Shown here: one piece after another, positions 1 through 7,819 of the stretch
Layout: every line of letters begins with the position of its first letter
Position numbering within the stretch: the stretch's first letter is position 1
Assembly (NCBI GenBank): GCA_035286005.1
Contig: JAYKIX010000178.1
Location: forward strand, 1 to 44,525
Direction of reading: 5' to 3'
Source: Synechococcus sp.
Lineage (GTDB): Bacteria > Cyanobacteriota > Cyanobacteriia > PCC-6307 > Cyanobiaceae
Length of the DNA: 44,525 nucleotides
The notes under the pieces: model-generated
What the model was told of the DNA's origin: nothing
Seen by the model: the letters and a program-made list of their open reading frames with translations, nothing else
The model's database searches: none
Made by a program: the position numbers and the translations under genes

Positions 1-291
1 GATGAACTGGTTCATCTCGCCGCCATTCACGGGAATCCTCACCATCGGTGTCACGGCCGGCGCGATGCTGCCCGATTTGAGAATTTGCTTCCGGTCCAGC
101 ATGTACTGCATGCAGTTGCGCAGGAGCTGAACGTCGAACGGGTTGTGCTCCATCTCGAACACCACGGCGTCATAGGGCGCCGCGTTGATCGCCTGCGCCA
201 TTCCGATCTCGGGCGGCGCGAAAGTCGTGATCGCGGGCTTGCCCTGCTCGAGTGCGCGGATCGCACCGTTCAGGCGCGGTATGTCGGCCAT
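1..291 (-). CDS. HpcH/HpaI aldolase family protein (5' part; runs off the window edge)
   Basis: Not in the ORF track. Manual translation from ATG at 291 gives MADIPRLNGAIRALEQGKPAITTF...YDAVVFEMEHNPFD...TPMVRIPVNGGEMNQFI, with the class II pyruvate aldolase E-H and VR motifs. GAGGGAG RBS upstream. Confidence 0.8.
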   Translation of the reverse strand, partial: MADIPRLNGAIRALEQGKPAITTFAPPEIGMAQAINAAPYDAVVFEMEHNPFDVQLLRNCMQYMLDRKQILKSGSIAPAVTPMVRIPVNGGEMNQFI

Positions 292-438
292 GCTTGGCTC
301 CCTCGAGGTAAGCGCGCGGGGACGGCACGCGCGTTGGTTCGTCACGAAGCTTCCACTGCCACCGCGCCTGCGTCAAGGGGCGCCGATCGGCTCGGTGCCG
401 ACGTCGGCCTCGTCAGTTGCGGGGCTTGATGATCTCGG

Positions 439-1623
439 TCAGTCGCGAAACATCGCGTTTGCCGCCTTCAGGAACAGGGTGCGGTTGACGCCGTCGGAGT
501 GCAGAAAGGCGGCGGCATCACGTACGAGTTTCTCGACCCCCGCCTCCTTCATGTAGCCGTGACCACCATGTATCTCCATGGTCCAAGTCGCAATTTTCCA
601 CGCCGCCTGCGCGGCCATCGCCTTCGGCAGCGAGCCAAGGGTCTTGTCCCAACCGGATTGCGGGTGGTCGGCGAGCCAGCAGGCGCGGTGGACGTAGGCG
701 CGCGAGGCATCGATCAGCATTCGCATCTCGGCGAGCTGGGCGCGGATCCCGTCATGCTCGATCAGACGCTTGCCGCCCTGCACGCGCAGCTGGGCCCATT
801 CGATGGCCTTGCGATGCAGCGCAACGGCAACGCCGAGCACGGTGGCCCCTGCGTAGGCATTGGACTGGGGTGAGAACTGGGCAAACACGTCCGAGCCTGT
901 GTTTACCTGGCCGACCACGTTCTCATCCGGAATGACGCAGTCCTGGAAGACGAGCTCGGCGTTGTTGGCCAGCCTCTCGCCCATCTTGTCGTGGATCCGG
1001 CCGATCGTGAATCCGGGGTGTCCCCGTTCGATCAGGAAGCACGTCGAACCGTTGGCCATGGTCTTTTGCCGATCAGTCTGAACCATCACGAGGTAGTGGC
1101 TTGCCCGGTTGCCGTTCGAGATGAAATGTTTCATGCCGTTTACGGCCCAGCCCCCGCGTGTGCGCTCTGCGCTCGTGCGAAACGGCACCGGCTGGTTGGT
1201 GTGCTTGTCTGAGCCGTTGCCGGGCTCCGACATGCCGATCGCCAGCAGGCCCCGTGGATCCCGGGCGAAGGCCGGCAACACGCGGGTGCGCTGCTCGTCG
1301 TTAAATGCCCTCTGCATCAGCTGGGCGATCTTGAAAGTCTGGGCCATGACGACCGAGACGCCCATGTCGCCGATCGCAAGCTCCTCCACCACCATTGCCG
1401 TGGTGAGCGAGTCGAGGCCGAGTCCGCCCCATCGGTCCTCGAGGGTCATGGTGCGGATGCCAAGCGCGTGAGCCTTTTCCACGAGCTCCCAGGAAAAACA
1501 CGCCTCGGGATCCTGTTTGGCGTCGAGCGCGGCCGAGCGCGGCCTTACCTCCTGTTCGACAAAACGACGAACCGTCGCCAGGATGGCTTGCTGATCCTGA
1601 TCCGATACGAACATATCGTTCAT
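439..1623 (-). CDS. Acyl-CoA dehydrogenase family flavoprotein
   Basis: 394 aa; motifs GMSEPGNGSD, NGMKHFISNG, DKMG, R-x-QGG and IHGGHGYMKE..VEKLVRDA; GGAG RBS. Confidence 0.9.
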   Translation of the reverse strand: MNDMFVSDQDQQAILATVRRFVEQEVRPRSAALDAKQDPEACFSWELVEKAHALGIRTMTLEDRWGGLGLDSLTTAMVVEELAIGDMGVSVVMAQTFKIAQLMQRAFNDEQRTRVLPAFARDPRGLLAIGMSEPGNGSDKHTNQPVPFRTSAERTRGGWAVNGMKHFISNGNRASHYLVMVQTDRQKTMANGSTCFLIERGHPGFTIGRIHDKMGERLANNAELVFQDCVIPDENVVGQVNTGSDVFAQFSPQSNAYAGATVLGVAVALHRKAIEWAQLRVQGGKRLIEHDGIRAQLAEMRMLIDASRAYVHRACWLADHPQSGWDKTLGSLPKAMAAQAAWKIATWTMEIHGGHGYMKEAGVEKLVRDAAAFLHSDGVNRTLFLKAANAMFRD

Positions 1624-1794
1624 GGCGCGTGGTGCTCCGATCTGTGAAATTCAATCAGGGACAGGCGCGAGAGAGTCGGGGCCCGAGGAGCCAGAAAACA
1701 ACCCGGGGTTCCGTCCAATAAAATGCGCATATGGTCCACTGGAACATGATATCGCGTGACGGGAATAGCAGAAAAAATGCGCGCCCTGACCGGG

Positions 1795-1820
1795 GAATGT
1801 TGAATGTTAAATGTTGAATG
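1795..1820. repeat. Tandem heptamer repeat GAATGTT (about 3.7 copies)
   Basis: gaatgtt gaatgtt aaatgtt gaatg, read directly in the divergent intergenic region. Confidence 0.7.
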
Positions 1821-1938
1821 ACAATCGCACGTTTGTTCTTCTTGGCTCGCTTGGCATGGCGGTTCAGGTAATGCCTTTATCGGCTTCTCGGCGGCTTGAC
1901 CCCTAATGCTACAGTGCCGCTTTTGAGAAAGGGCCGAG

Positions 1939-3234
1939 TTGAAGCGCGTGAAGGTATCCGGTGGGCTTCTGATCGCGACCATGTGCTGCGCCTTGGTGTT
2001 GAGCATGACGGCGTTCTCGACGTTCGTGACCCTGCTTCCGGTGCTGGCGCTCGAGTTCGGCCTCAATAATTCCCAAGCGGGTCTGGTGAGCGGCACCGTG
2101 CTCGGCGGATATATGGCGGGCGTGCCCTTTCTCGGCCCGCTCACTGACCGGATCGATCCGCGCCGCGTGTACTTCATCGCGGCGCTTGTCGCGGCGGCGG
2201 GCGCTCTCGGCTTCGCCTGGCTGGCAGGCGGGTTCTGGACAGCGTTTCTGTGCCAGGCGCTGATTGGCGTGGGGCTCGCCGGGACCTACATCCCGGGCAT
2301 GAAGGCGTTGACCGACCGGCTGGAGGGGCCGTCGCAGAGCCGCGGCGCTGCCATCTATGGCGCCAACTTCGGGATCGGCGTCAGCGTCTCGCTCGTCTGC
2401 GCGGGCGCAATTGCCGACGCCTTCGGCTGGGAGGCCGCCTTCGTTGCCGCAAGCGCGGGGCCGCTCCTCGCTGCCGCGATCATCCTGCTCGCGCTGGAAG
2501 CGAGCGCTCCGCGAGCGGGCGCGCGCCCGGCGCTGCTCGATTTCCGGCCCGTTCTGCGGAACCGGCACGTGCGTCCGTACCTGTTCACGACGGCCGCCCA
2601 CTCTTGGGAGCTGCATGGCACGCGCTCGTGGCTGGTTGCGTTCCTGACGTTTGCCGCAGGCGCCCGCGGCGGCATCGAGAACGTGCCCGTCTCGGTTGCG
2701 CTGGTGACCGCCCTCATCTTCCTGCTCGGCCCGCTCGCGAGCATCAGCGGCAACGAGCTGGCGCTGCGATACGGGCGCGCACGCGTGCTGACCTGCGGCC
2801 CCCTGCTGTCCGCGGCAGCGAGCTGCATCATCGGCTTCCTCGCCGCTTCGCCGTGGATCGGGCTGCTTGCTTTCGCCGCGATTCACATGTACTTCGTCGG
2901 CATCGACGCCGGCACGATGACTGCGGGCGTCGTGAGCGCGGCCGATCCGGCGCATCGCGGCGCGACGCTTGCGGTGTACTCTATGGTAGGTTTCGGTACC
3001 GGGTTTATGTCGCCCACGTTATTCGGCGTGGTCCTCGACCTGGCGGGCGGGCGCGGTGAGCTCGTCGCCTGGGGCCTCGCGTTCGCGAGTCTGGGGCTCG
3101 TCTCGATTCTGGGGACGATACCGGCGCGGCGGCTTCTGGTGGCAGAATATTCCACTCAATACCGAGGAGAATCCGGTGGCAGGCGAGGAACGCAAGGCGG
3201 AGAGTCCGCCCGAGATCGACCTCAAGGAAGTTGA
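1939..3234 (+). CDS. Major facilitator superfamily transporter
   Basis: About 12 hydrophobic segments; motif-A-like GPLTDRIDPRR and ELALRYGRAR; start uncertain (TTG). Confidence 0.88.
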   Translation: MKRVKVSGGLLIATMCCALVLSMTAFSTFVTLLPVLALEFGLNNSQAGLVSGTVLGGYMAGVPFLGPLTDRIDPRRVYFIAALVAAAGALGFAWLAGGFWTAFLCQALIGVGLAGTYIPGMKALTDRLEGPSQSRGAAIYGANFGIGVSVSLVCAGAIADAFGWEAAFVAASAGPLLAAAIILLALEASAPRAGARPALLDFRPVLRNRHVRPYLFTTAAHSWELHGTRSWLVAFLTFAAGARGGIENVPVSVALVTALIFLLGPLASISGNELALRYGRARVLTCGPLLSAAASCIIGFLAASPWIGLLAFAAIHMYFVGIDAGTMTAGVVSAADPAHRGATLAVYSMVGFGTGFMSPTLFGVVLDLAGGRGELVAWGLAFASLGLVSILGTIPARRLLVAEYSTQYRGESGGRRGTQGGESARDRPQGS

Positions 3235-3484
3235 AAAGCTGCTCGAAGCCCTGGAGCACGACCTGAAGAAGGTCCAGGTCGGCACGCGCGACGTCCAGGT
3301 GCTGCGCGACGAAGTCGAGACGCTCAAGAACGTGCTGAACTCACCCGTGCGAAGGCACCACTGGGTGCGGGACGGGCTGCACGCCATCCGCGAGAACTTC
3401 GAGAATGTCGTCGACTCCGCGGTGGCCGAAGGGCTGCGCGCGAGCCGCTACATCGCCGAGATCGGACGCATGCTGGGCATGTAA
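3176..3484 (+). CDS. Hypothetical helical protein (102 aa)
   Basis: GAGGAG RBS, then GTG at 3176; strong GC3 codon bias; EIDLKEVEKLLEALEHDL...RYIAEIGRMLGM. Confidence 0.75.
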   Translation: MAGEERKAESPPEIDLKEVEKLLEALEHDLKKVQVGTRDVQVLRDEVETLKNVLNSPVRRHHWVRDGLHAIRENFENVVDSAVAEGLRASRYIAEIGRMLGM

Positions 3485-3495
3485 CGGCTGAGCGT

Positions 3496-3550
3496 CCAGT
3501 CTGCAGTTTGCAGCTGCAGTTACTGCCAACTGCCAACCGCGAACTGCCAA
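3496..3550. repeat. Inverted heptamer-repeat array (GCAGTYT-like arm / ACTGCCA arm), probable hairpin between convergent genes
   Basis: ccagtct gcagttt gcagct gcagtt followed by actgcca actgcca accgcga actgcca. Confidence 0.7.
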
Positions 3551-3578
3551 GTGGAGTAGGCGGCGCCAGGTGCGGCAG

Positions 3579-3968
3579 TCAGTCGGGAACGACCGCGACG
3601 CACTGGATTTCCACCATCATGGCGGGGCGCGCGAGGGCGGTAATGGTGATCAACGCGCTCGCGGGAAAATTCGCATCGGGAAAAAACTCCTTGCGAATCT
3701 CCACGAACCGGTCGCCGTGACGCGCGTCGGTGATGAACACCGTCATCGAGACGATGTCCGAGAGCGTCGCCCCCGCTTGCGCGAGCGTTGCCGAGAGATT
3801 CGCGAACGCCTGACGGCACTGGCCGTCGAAATCGCCCTGAAGATTCCGGTCGGTGCCGTGAAGGCCGCCGTGACCCGCGAGCCAGATGATGCGCCCGCCG
3901 CGCGTCGCAACGGCCGGAGAGAACGCGCGCAATTGCTGCCAGCTTCCCGGATAGAAGTTTTTTTCCAC
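3579..3968 (-). CDS. Rid/YjgF/UK114 family protein (129 aa)
   Basis: GTG at 3968 with GGAG 7 nt upstream; FSPAV..GGRIIWLAG, QCRQAFANL..TLAQAG..LSDIV, VEIQCVAV. The longer track ORF (to 4142) reads across the junction. Confidence 0.85.
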   Translation of the reverse strand: MEKNFYPGSWQQLRAFSPAVATRGGRIIWLAGHGGLHGTDRNLQGDFDGQCRQAFANLSATLAQAGATLSDIVSMTVFITDARHGDRFVEIRKEFFPDANFPASALITITALARPAMMVEIQCVAVVPD

Positions 3969-3973
3969 GATAT

Positions 3974-4123
3974 CGCTCCGGGGAGTTTGGTGCCCTCGTT
4001 GGGGTACTTGATGGTTGCCTTGCCGATGCCAATGGCGATGACATTGCACACAATCATCACCAGCGCCACTTTCGGAGACCAGGTGAAGGAGGCGGGAGCG
4101 ATGGCCAGAAGCGGGGTGAACAT
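3974..4123 (-). pseudogene. psaK: Photosystem I subunit PsaK, 3'-truncated after about 50 codons
   Basis: MFTPLLAIAPASFTWSPKVALVMIVCNVIAIGIGKATIKYPNEGTKLPGA matches the picocyanobacterial PsaK N-terminus. The expected second helix (FFGG..TSLGHIIG) is absent and the frame continues into unrelated sequence. Confidence 0.88.
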
Positions 4124-4187
4124 GCAAACCCTGAAGAGACACTTCATCTTCAGGTTTAAGGAAGCACCCATCGCATCCTCGTAAGAG

Positions 4188-4514
4188 TTATTCACCCGGA
4201 TTGGAGCGCAACATCCTCTGGCGTTGGACTAATCCCGCCACGATCAGGGCATTGCTGAGTGTGAGAAACGCCTCGGCCCCACCATGCAGGGGATCGACTG
4301 CAACGAGTTCAGCATCCAACACCGTTAAAGCCACAATGGCGGCTGCGATCGTGACCGCGACAAACAGCAGTGTGAGCCGAAATCCCAGGAGCGTGAGGGG
4401 ATGAATGGATTTGCATTGGGCTGCCCAGTGGAGAAAACCCAAGTAGGGAAGCAATGAGACGGCAAAGAGTGGAGAAGGATCGACTGTTGCCAGTTGCTGA
4501 ATCCAGGCGATCAT
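4188..4514 (-). CDS. DUF3593 family membrane protein
   Basis: LFAVSLLPYLGFL...GFRLTLLFVAVTI...VDPLHGGAEAFLTLSN; usual partner of DUF2499. Confidence 0.8.
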   Translation of the reverse strand: MIAWIQQLATVDPSPLFAVSLLPYLGFLHWAAQCKSIHPLTLLGFRLTLLFVAVTIAAAIVALTVLDAELVAVDPLHGGAEAFLTLSNALIVAGLVQRQRMLRSNPGE

Positions 4515-4846
4515 CCCTCGCCCTCCGTTGAGGTGATTTCAGCGCATTCATGGCTTCGCTCGTTTCGCAGCAGCCGCCATGCCGCCGCAGCCATGCAGGC
4601 ATTGCCTACCGCTGTGGAGGCTGCTTGAAGCACCACGAGGCCTCTCAGTTGTTCAGTGTTGTCAAACAGGTGCCACGTGCATGCCGCCATTGCACTGATC
4701 AGGGCTGGTGTCATGGCTAAGGCCAGCCAACGCAAACCCGGTTGCTTGTCCAAGGTGGCCTGCCGGTCGAGCAGGGCCATAGCCACAATCCATTCCAGGA
4801 CGGATGCCACATGAATCCACCATGTGCCCAGCGACAGCGCGTGCAT
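4511..4846 (-). CDS. ycf49: DUF2499 / Ycf49-like membrane protein
   Basis: MHALSLGTWWIHVASVLEW...PALISAMAACTWHLFDN. Confidence 0.8.
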   Translation of the reverse strand: MHALSLGTWWIHVASVLEWIVAMALLDRQATLDKQPGLRWLALAMTPALISAMAACTWHLFDNTEQLRGLVVLQAASTAVGNACMAAAAWRLLRNERSHECAEITSTEGEG

Positions 4847-4921
4847 CGAATACCGAAGTTGCTAGGAGCCTAGGCCTTGCGATCCACGGATAATGGCTTT
4901 GTTTGCACAGCCGAGAGGGCG

Positions 4922-6028
4922 ATGAACAGTCCGGCCCGCGAGTGCAGTGTCTTGCTCTGTGGGTATTACGGCGAGCACAACCTCGGCGACGACGCCTTGT
5001 TGGAGGTCTTGCTCTCAGAACTCCCCCCCCGATGCAGGCCGCTGGTCACCGCCCACGACGGCCCTTCTGTGAAGGCGAAGCATGGATCGGTACGTACGGT
5101 GCCCCGCCGCTCCCTGCTCGCCACGGTCAGGAGTGTGTTGGCGGTGGATGCGCTGGTACTTGGTGGCGGAAGCCTTCTGCAGGACAGCACCAGTTTCAAG
5201 AGCTTGATTTATTACCTCAGCTTGATCACTGTCGCCCGCTTGAGCGGGAAACACGTGATTCTCTGGGGTCAGGGTTTGGGACCCTTGAAAACCCGCCTGA
5301 GTCGAGCCTTGGTGCGCGCTGTTCTGCCTCGTGTTCAGGCGATTGGTTGGCGCGATCCTGCCTCTCAGGCTCTTGCCGCTCGCTGGGGATTGCAGGTGCC
5401 CTCATTGATGGCCGCGGATCCGGTGTGGAGTTATCCAGGGATGGGGTGGCAGGGCGGCCATTGCTCCACCGAGGACCGCACCGGACTGGTTTTGTGTTGG
5501 AGACCGACGGATCATCTGGATGATCAAGGTTGGTGCCAACTCCTGCAGGTTGTGGATGCTCTCGCCAAAGCCAACGATCTCCCGGTCACCTGGATCGCTT
5601 TCCATCAGCATCAGGATCAGCAGTTGCCTGAGGATCTGCTTGTTATGCATGCCATTCCCGTTGAGCTACGCCGACGGTCTCGGTTTGTTCCAGCTGTGTC
5701 GTTGAGTCAGGTGATGGGAGTTTTTGCCCGGAGTCAATTGGTGTTGCCGATGCGGCTGCATGCCCTGATCTTGGCTCAATTGGCTGGTGCCCCTTGTGCT
5801 GCCCTCAGTTACGACCCCAAGGTGGAGGCGGCTGCCTCCATGGCCGGGGTGGATTGCATTGATCTTCAACGCCTCCCTTCAGCGGCAGAACTACACGCCC
5901 GTTGGAGTGCCCAGTTGATGCAGCCGGCGGATGCTGCTTGCCTTGAGCGCATTCGGTTGGATGCTGCTCGCCATGGAGACCTGTTGCGTGAGCAGCTTCA
6001 GATTGTGCAAAACCAAACGCGCCACTAG
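4922..6028 (+). CDS. csaB: Polysaccharide pyruvyl transferase CsaB
   Basis: GYYGEHNLGDDALL, GGGSLLQDSTS, MRLHALI, SYDPKV; ATG at 4922 preferred over TTG at 4877. Confidence 0.9.
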   Translation: MNSPARECSVLLCGYYGEHNLGDDALLEVLLSELPPRCRPLVTAHDGPSVKAKHGSVRTVPRRSLLATVRSVLAVDALVLGGGSLLQDSTSFKSLIYYLSLITVARLSGKHVILWGQGLGPLKTRLSRALVRAVLPRVQAIGWRDPASQALAARWGLQVPSLMAADPVWSYPGMGWQGGHCSTEDRTGLVLCWRPTDHLDDQGWCQLLQVVDALAKANDLPVTWIAFHQHQDQQLPEDLLVMHAIPVELRRRSRFVPAVSLSQVMGVFARSQLVLPMRLHALILAQLAGAPCAALSYDPKVEAAASMAGVDCIDLQRLPSAAELHARWSAQLMQPADAACLERIRLDAARHGDLLREQLQIVQNQTRH

Positions 6029-6999
6029 GTGCTGAGGCGACGACCGCTGGTGGAACAAAAATGGTGTTCGTCAGCTTGAGACCAGGCCAAGCGGATGGTG
6101 TCAGGAATCGGTTGATCGGCTGTGGTGAGCATGCGAAGGAGACCGAGCTCCGATTTCAGCTGCCAGATCTGGCTGGAGCCAAGCCATTCCCGGTGCACGA
6201 GTGAGCAGGGCAGACCGTCATCTTTCAGATGCAAAGCTTCTGGTCGTATGGCCCGAATCACACCATTCACCCCGGGGAGAACGTTGATCTGCGGACGCCC
6301 GATGAAGGTGGCGACAAATAGCGATGCTGGCGACTGATACAGCGCTTTAGGCGTTGCTACCTGTTCAAGTCGACCGTTTCGAAGCACGGCGATGCGATCA
6401 GCGATTGCCATGGCCTCATGCTGATCGTGGGTGACATACACCACAGGTTTTCGGTCCTGCAGCACTAAACGGCGCAATTCCGGTCGTAATTCCTCCCGCA
6501 ACTGCGCATCCAGGTTGCTCATCGGCTCATCAAGCAGATAAAGATGAGGGTCTCGAAGCAAGGCACGGGCCAGAGCAACCCGTTGTCGTTGTCCTCCGGA
6601 CAATTGACTTGGCTTCTGTATTGCCCGCTCCTCAAGCTGCACCAGCTGCAACATCTGGCGTACCCTCTGCCGGCGTTCCTGTGGAGGGATGCCGCGCACC
6701 TTCAGCCCGAGCTCGAGGTTGTCCGCCACGCTGAGGTGAGGAAACAGGGCATAGCTCTGGAATACCATGCCCACCTTGCGCTCCAGGGCTGGCATGGCCG
6801 TGACGTCTTGATCGTTGATCAGAATGGAGCCTTCATCGGCGTGGTCGAGCCCGGCAATCAGGCGCAGCGTTGTGCTTTTGCCACAGCCGCTTGGGCCAAC
6901 CAGAGCCAGGCATTCCCCATCGCTGACGCAGAGATCGAGGTGACGAAGGATCCAACGATTGCCAGCCTTCCGGCCCAGTTGCTTCAAAGACAAGCTCAT
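6025..6999 (-). CDS. ggtA: Glucosylglycerol/trehalose/sucrose ABC transporter ATP-binding subunit
   Basis: Walker [23 protein letters not shown]; operon context with ggpS. Confidence 0.85.
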   Translation of the reverse strand: MSLSLKQLGRKAGNRWILRHLDLCVSDGECLALVGPSGCGKSTTLRLIAGLDHADEGSILINDQDVTAMPALERKVGMVFQSYALFPHLSVADNLELGLKVRGIPPQERRQRVRQMLQLVQLEERAIQKPSQLSGGQRQRVALARALLRDPHLYLLDEPMSNLDAQLREELRPELRRLVLQDRKPVVYVTHDQHEAMAIADRIAVLRNGRLEQVATPKALYQSPASLFVATFIGRPQINVLPGVNGVIRAIRPEALHLKDDGLPCSLVHREWLGSSQIWQLKSELGLLRMLTTADQPIPDTIRLAWSQADEHHFCSTSGRRLST

Positions 7000-7817
7000 C
7001 CTTTGACAGCTCCATTGGTGAGTCCCGAGACGATCGAGCGCTGAAAGATCAGCACCAGGGCGATGAGAGGGATGGATCCCAGCACGGTTGCGGCGGCATA
7101 GGCCCCGTAGGGGACTGAATAGATCGACGATCCTGCAATGCGCGCCATCGCCACCGGGAGGGTGAGTCGGTCTGCATCGCTGATCCAGGTCAAGGCGATC
7201 GGGTATTCGTTCCAGGAAAACAGAAACACGAGAATCGCTGTGCTGGTTGTGGCCGGAGCGATCAGGGGGATCAGTACCCAGCGAAGGCGTTGCCAGAGTC
7301 CAAGGCCCTCCAGCCGAGCCGCATCCTCAAGGTCGACCGGCAGATCCTGGAATGCTGCTGTCAGCAGCAAGATGGCCAAGGGCTGGGACAGGGCTGCGTA
7401 TGGAATGGTCAACGCGACGAGGTGATTGCCGAGATGGAGCGTGCGTGCCACCTCCAGCAAGGCGAGGAATAGGAGCACATAGGGAAAGAGTGCGGCAGCG
7501 ATGAGGAGGGTTTTGACGATGGCGCCGATGCGATGGCGCATCCGGGTGAGGGCATAGGCGGCGGGTGTGGCAATCACAAGCGTGAGGGCCGTGCTGCAGG
7601 CACCAACAAACAGGCTGTTGACCAGGTACCTCCAGAACGGGGGATTGCCGGAGAGCACAGCCTGGTAGTGGGCCAGAGTCCAGCGTTGATCCAGTGCCGC
7701 AAATGGGGTGACCAAGGCCTGATCGGTGCTGAATGAGGTGTAGAGCTGCCAGACCATTGGGCCAAGCGACCAAATCAGGAGCAACAGGATCCAGAAACGC
7801 CGTGGGGTCTGCTGCAT
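6996..7817 (-). CDS. ggtD: Carbohydrate ABC transporter permease (MalG-like)
   Basis: EAA loop LEDAARLEG, FSWNEY, C-terminal GLTNGAVKG; ATG at 7817 chosen. Confidence 0.85.
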   Translation of the reverse strand: MQQTPRRFWILLLLIWSLGPMVWQLYTSFSTDQALVTPFAALDQRWTLAHYQAVLSGNPPFWRYLVNSLFVGACSTALTLVIATPAAYALTRMRHRIGAIVKTLLIAAALFPYVLLFLALLEVARTLHLGNHLVALTIPYAALSQPLAILLLTAAFQDLPVDLEDAARLEGLGLWQRLRWVLIPLIAPATTSTAILVFLFSWNEYPIALTWISDADRLTLPVAMARIAGSSIYSVPYGAYAAATVLGSIPLIALVLIFQRSIVSGLTNGAVKG

Positions 7818-7819
7818 GG

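Noticed and set aside
1852-1872. Sigma-54 promoter for the MFS (TGGCATG-N4-TTCA)
   Set aside because: The -12 GC dinucleotide is missing.
1620-2177. 185-aa ORF as a regulator of the acyl-CoA dehydrogenase
   Set aside because: It has no HTH or other recognisable motif, overlaps the MFS on the opposite strand and runs through the heptamer repeat.
1909-2955. 348-aa antisense ORF and other long shadow ORFs in the high-GC segment
   Set aside because: They lie opposite or out of frame to the MFS, are Arg/Ala-rich with no motifs, and are expected from GC3 bias.
3579-4195. Track ORFs 3579..4142 and 3743..4195 as real PsaK-Rid fusion proteins
   Set aside because: PsaK and Rid are in different frames. 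Each long ORF is one real fragment plus an off-frame read-through across the junction.
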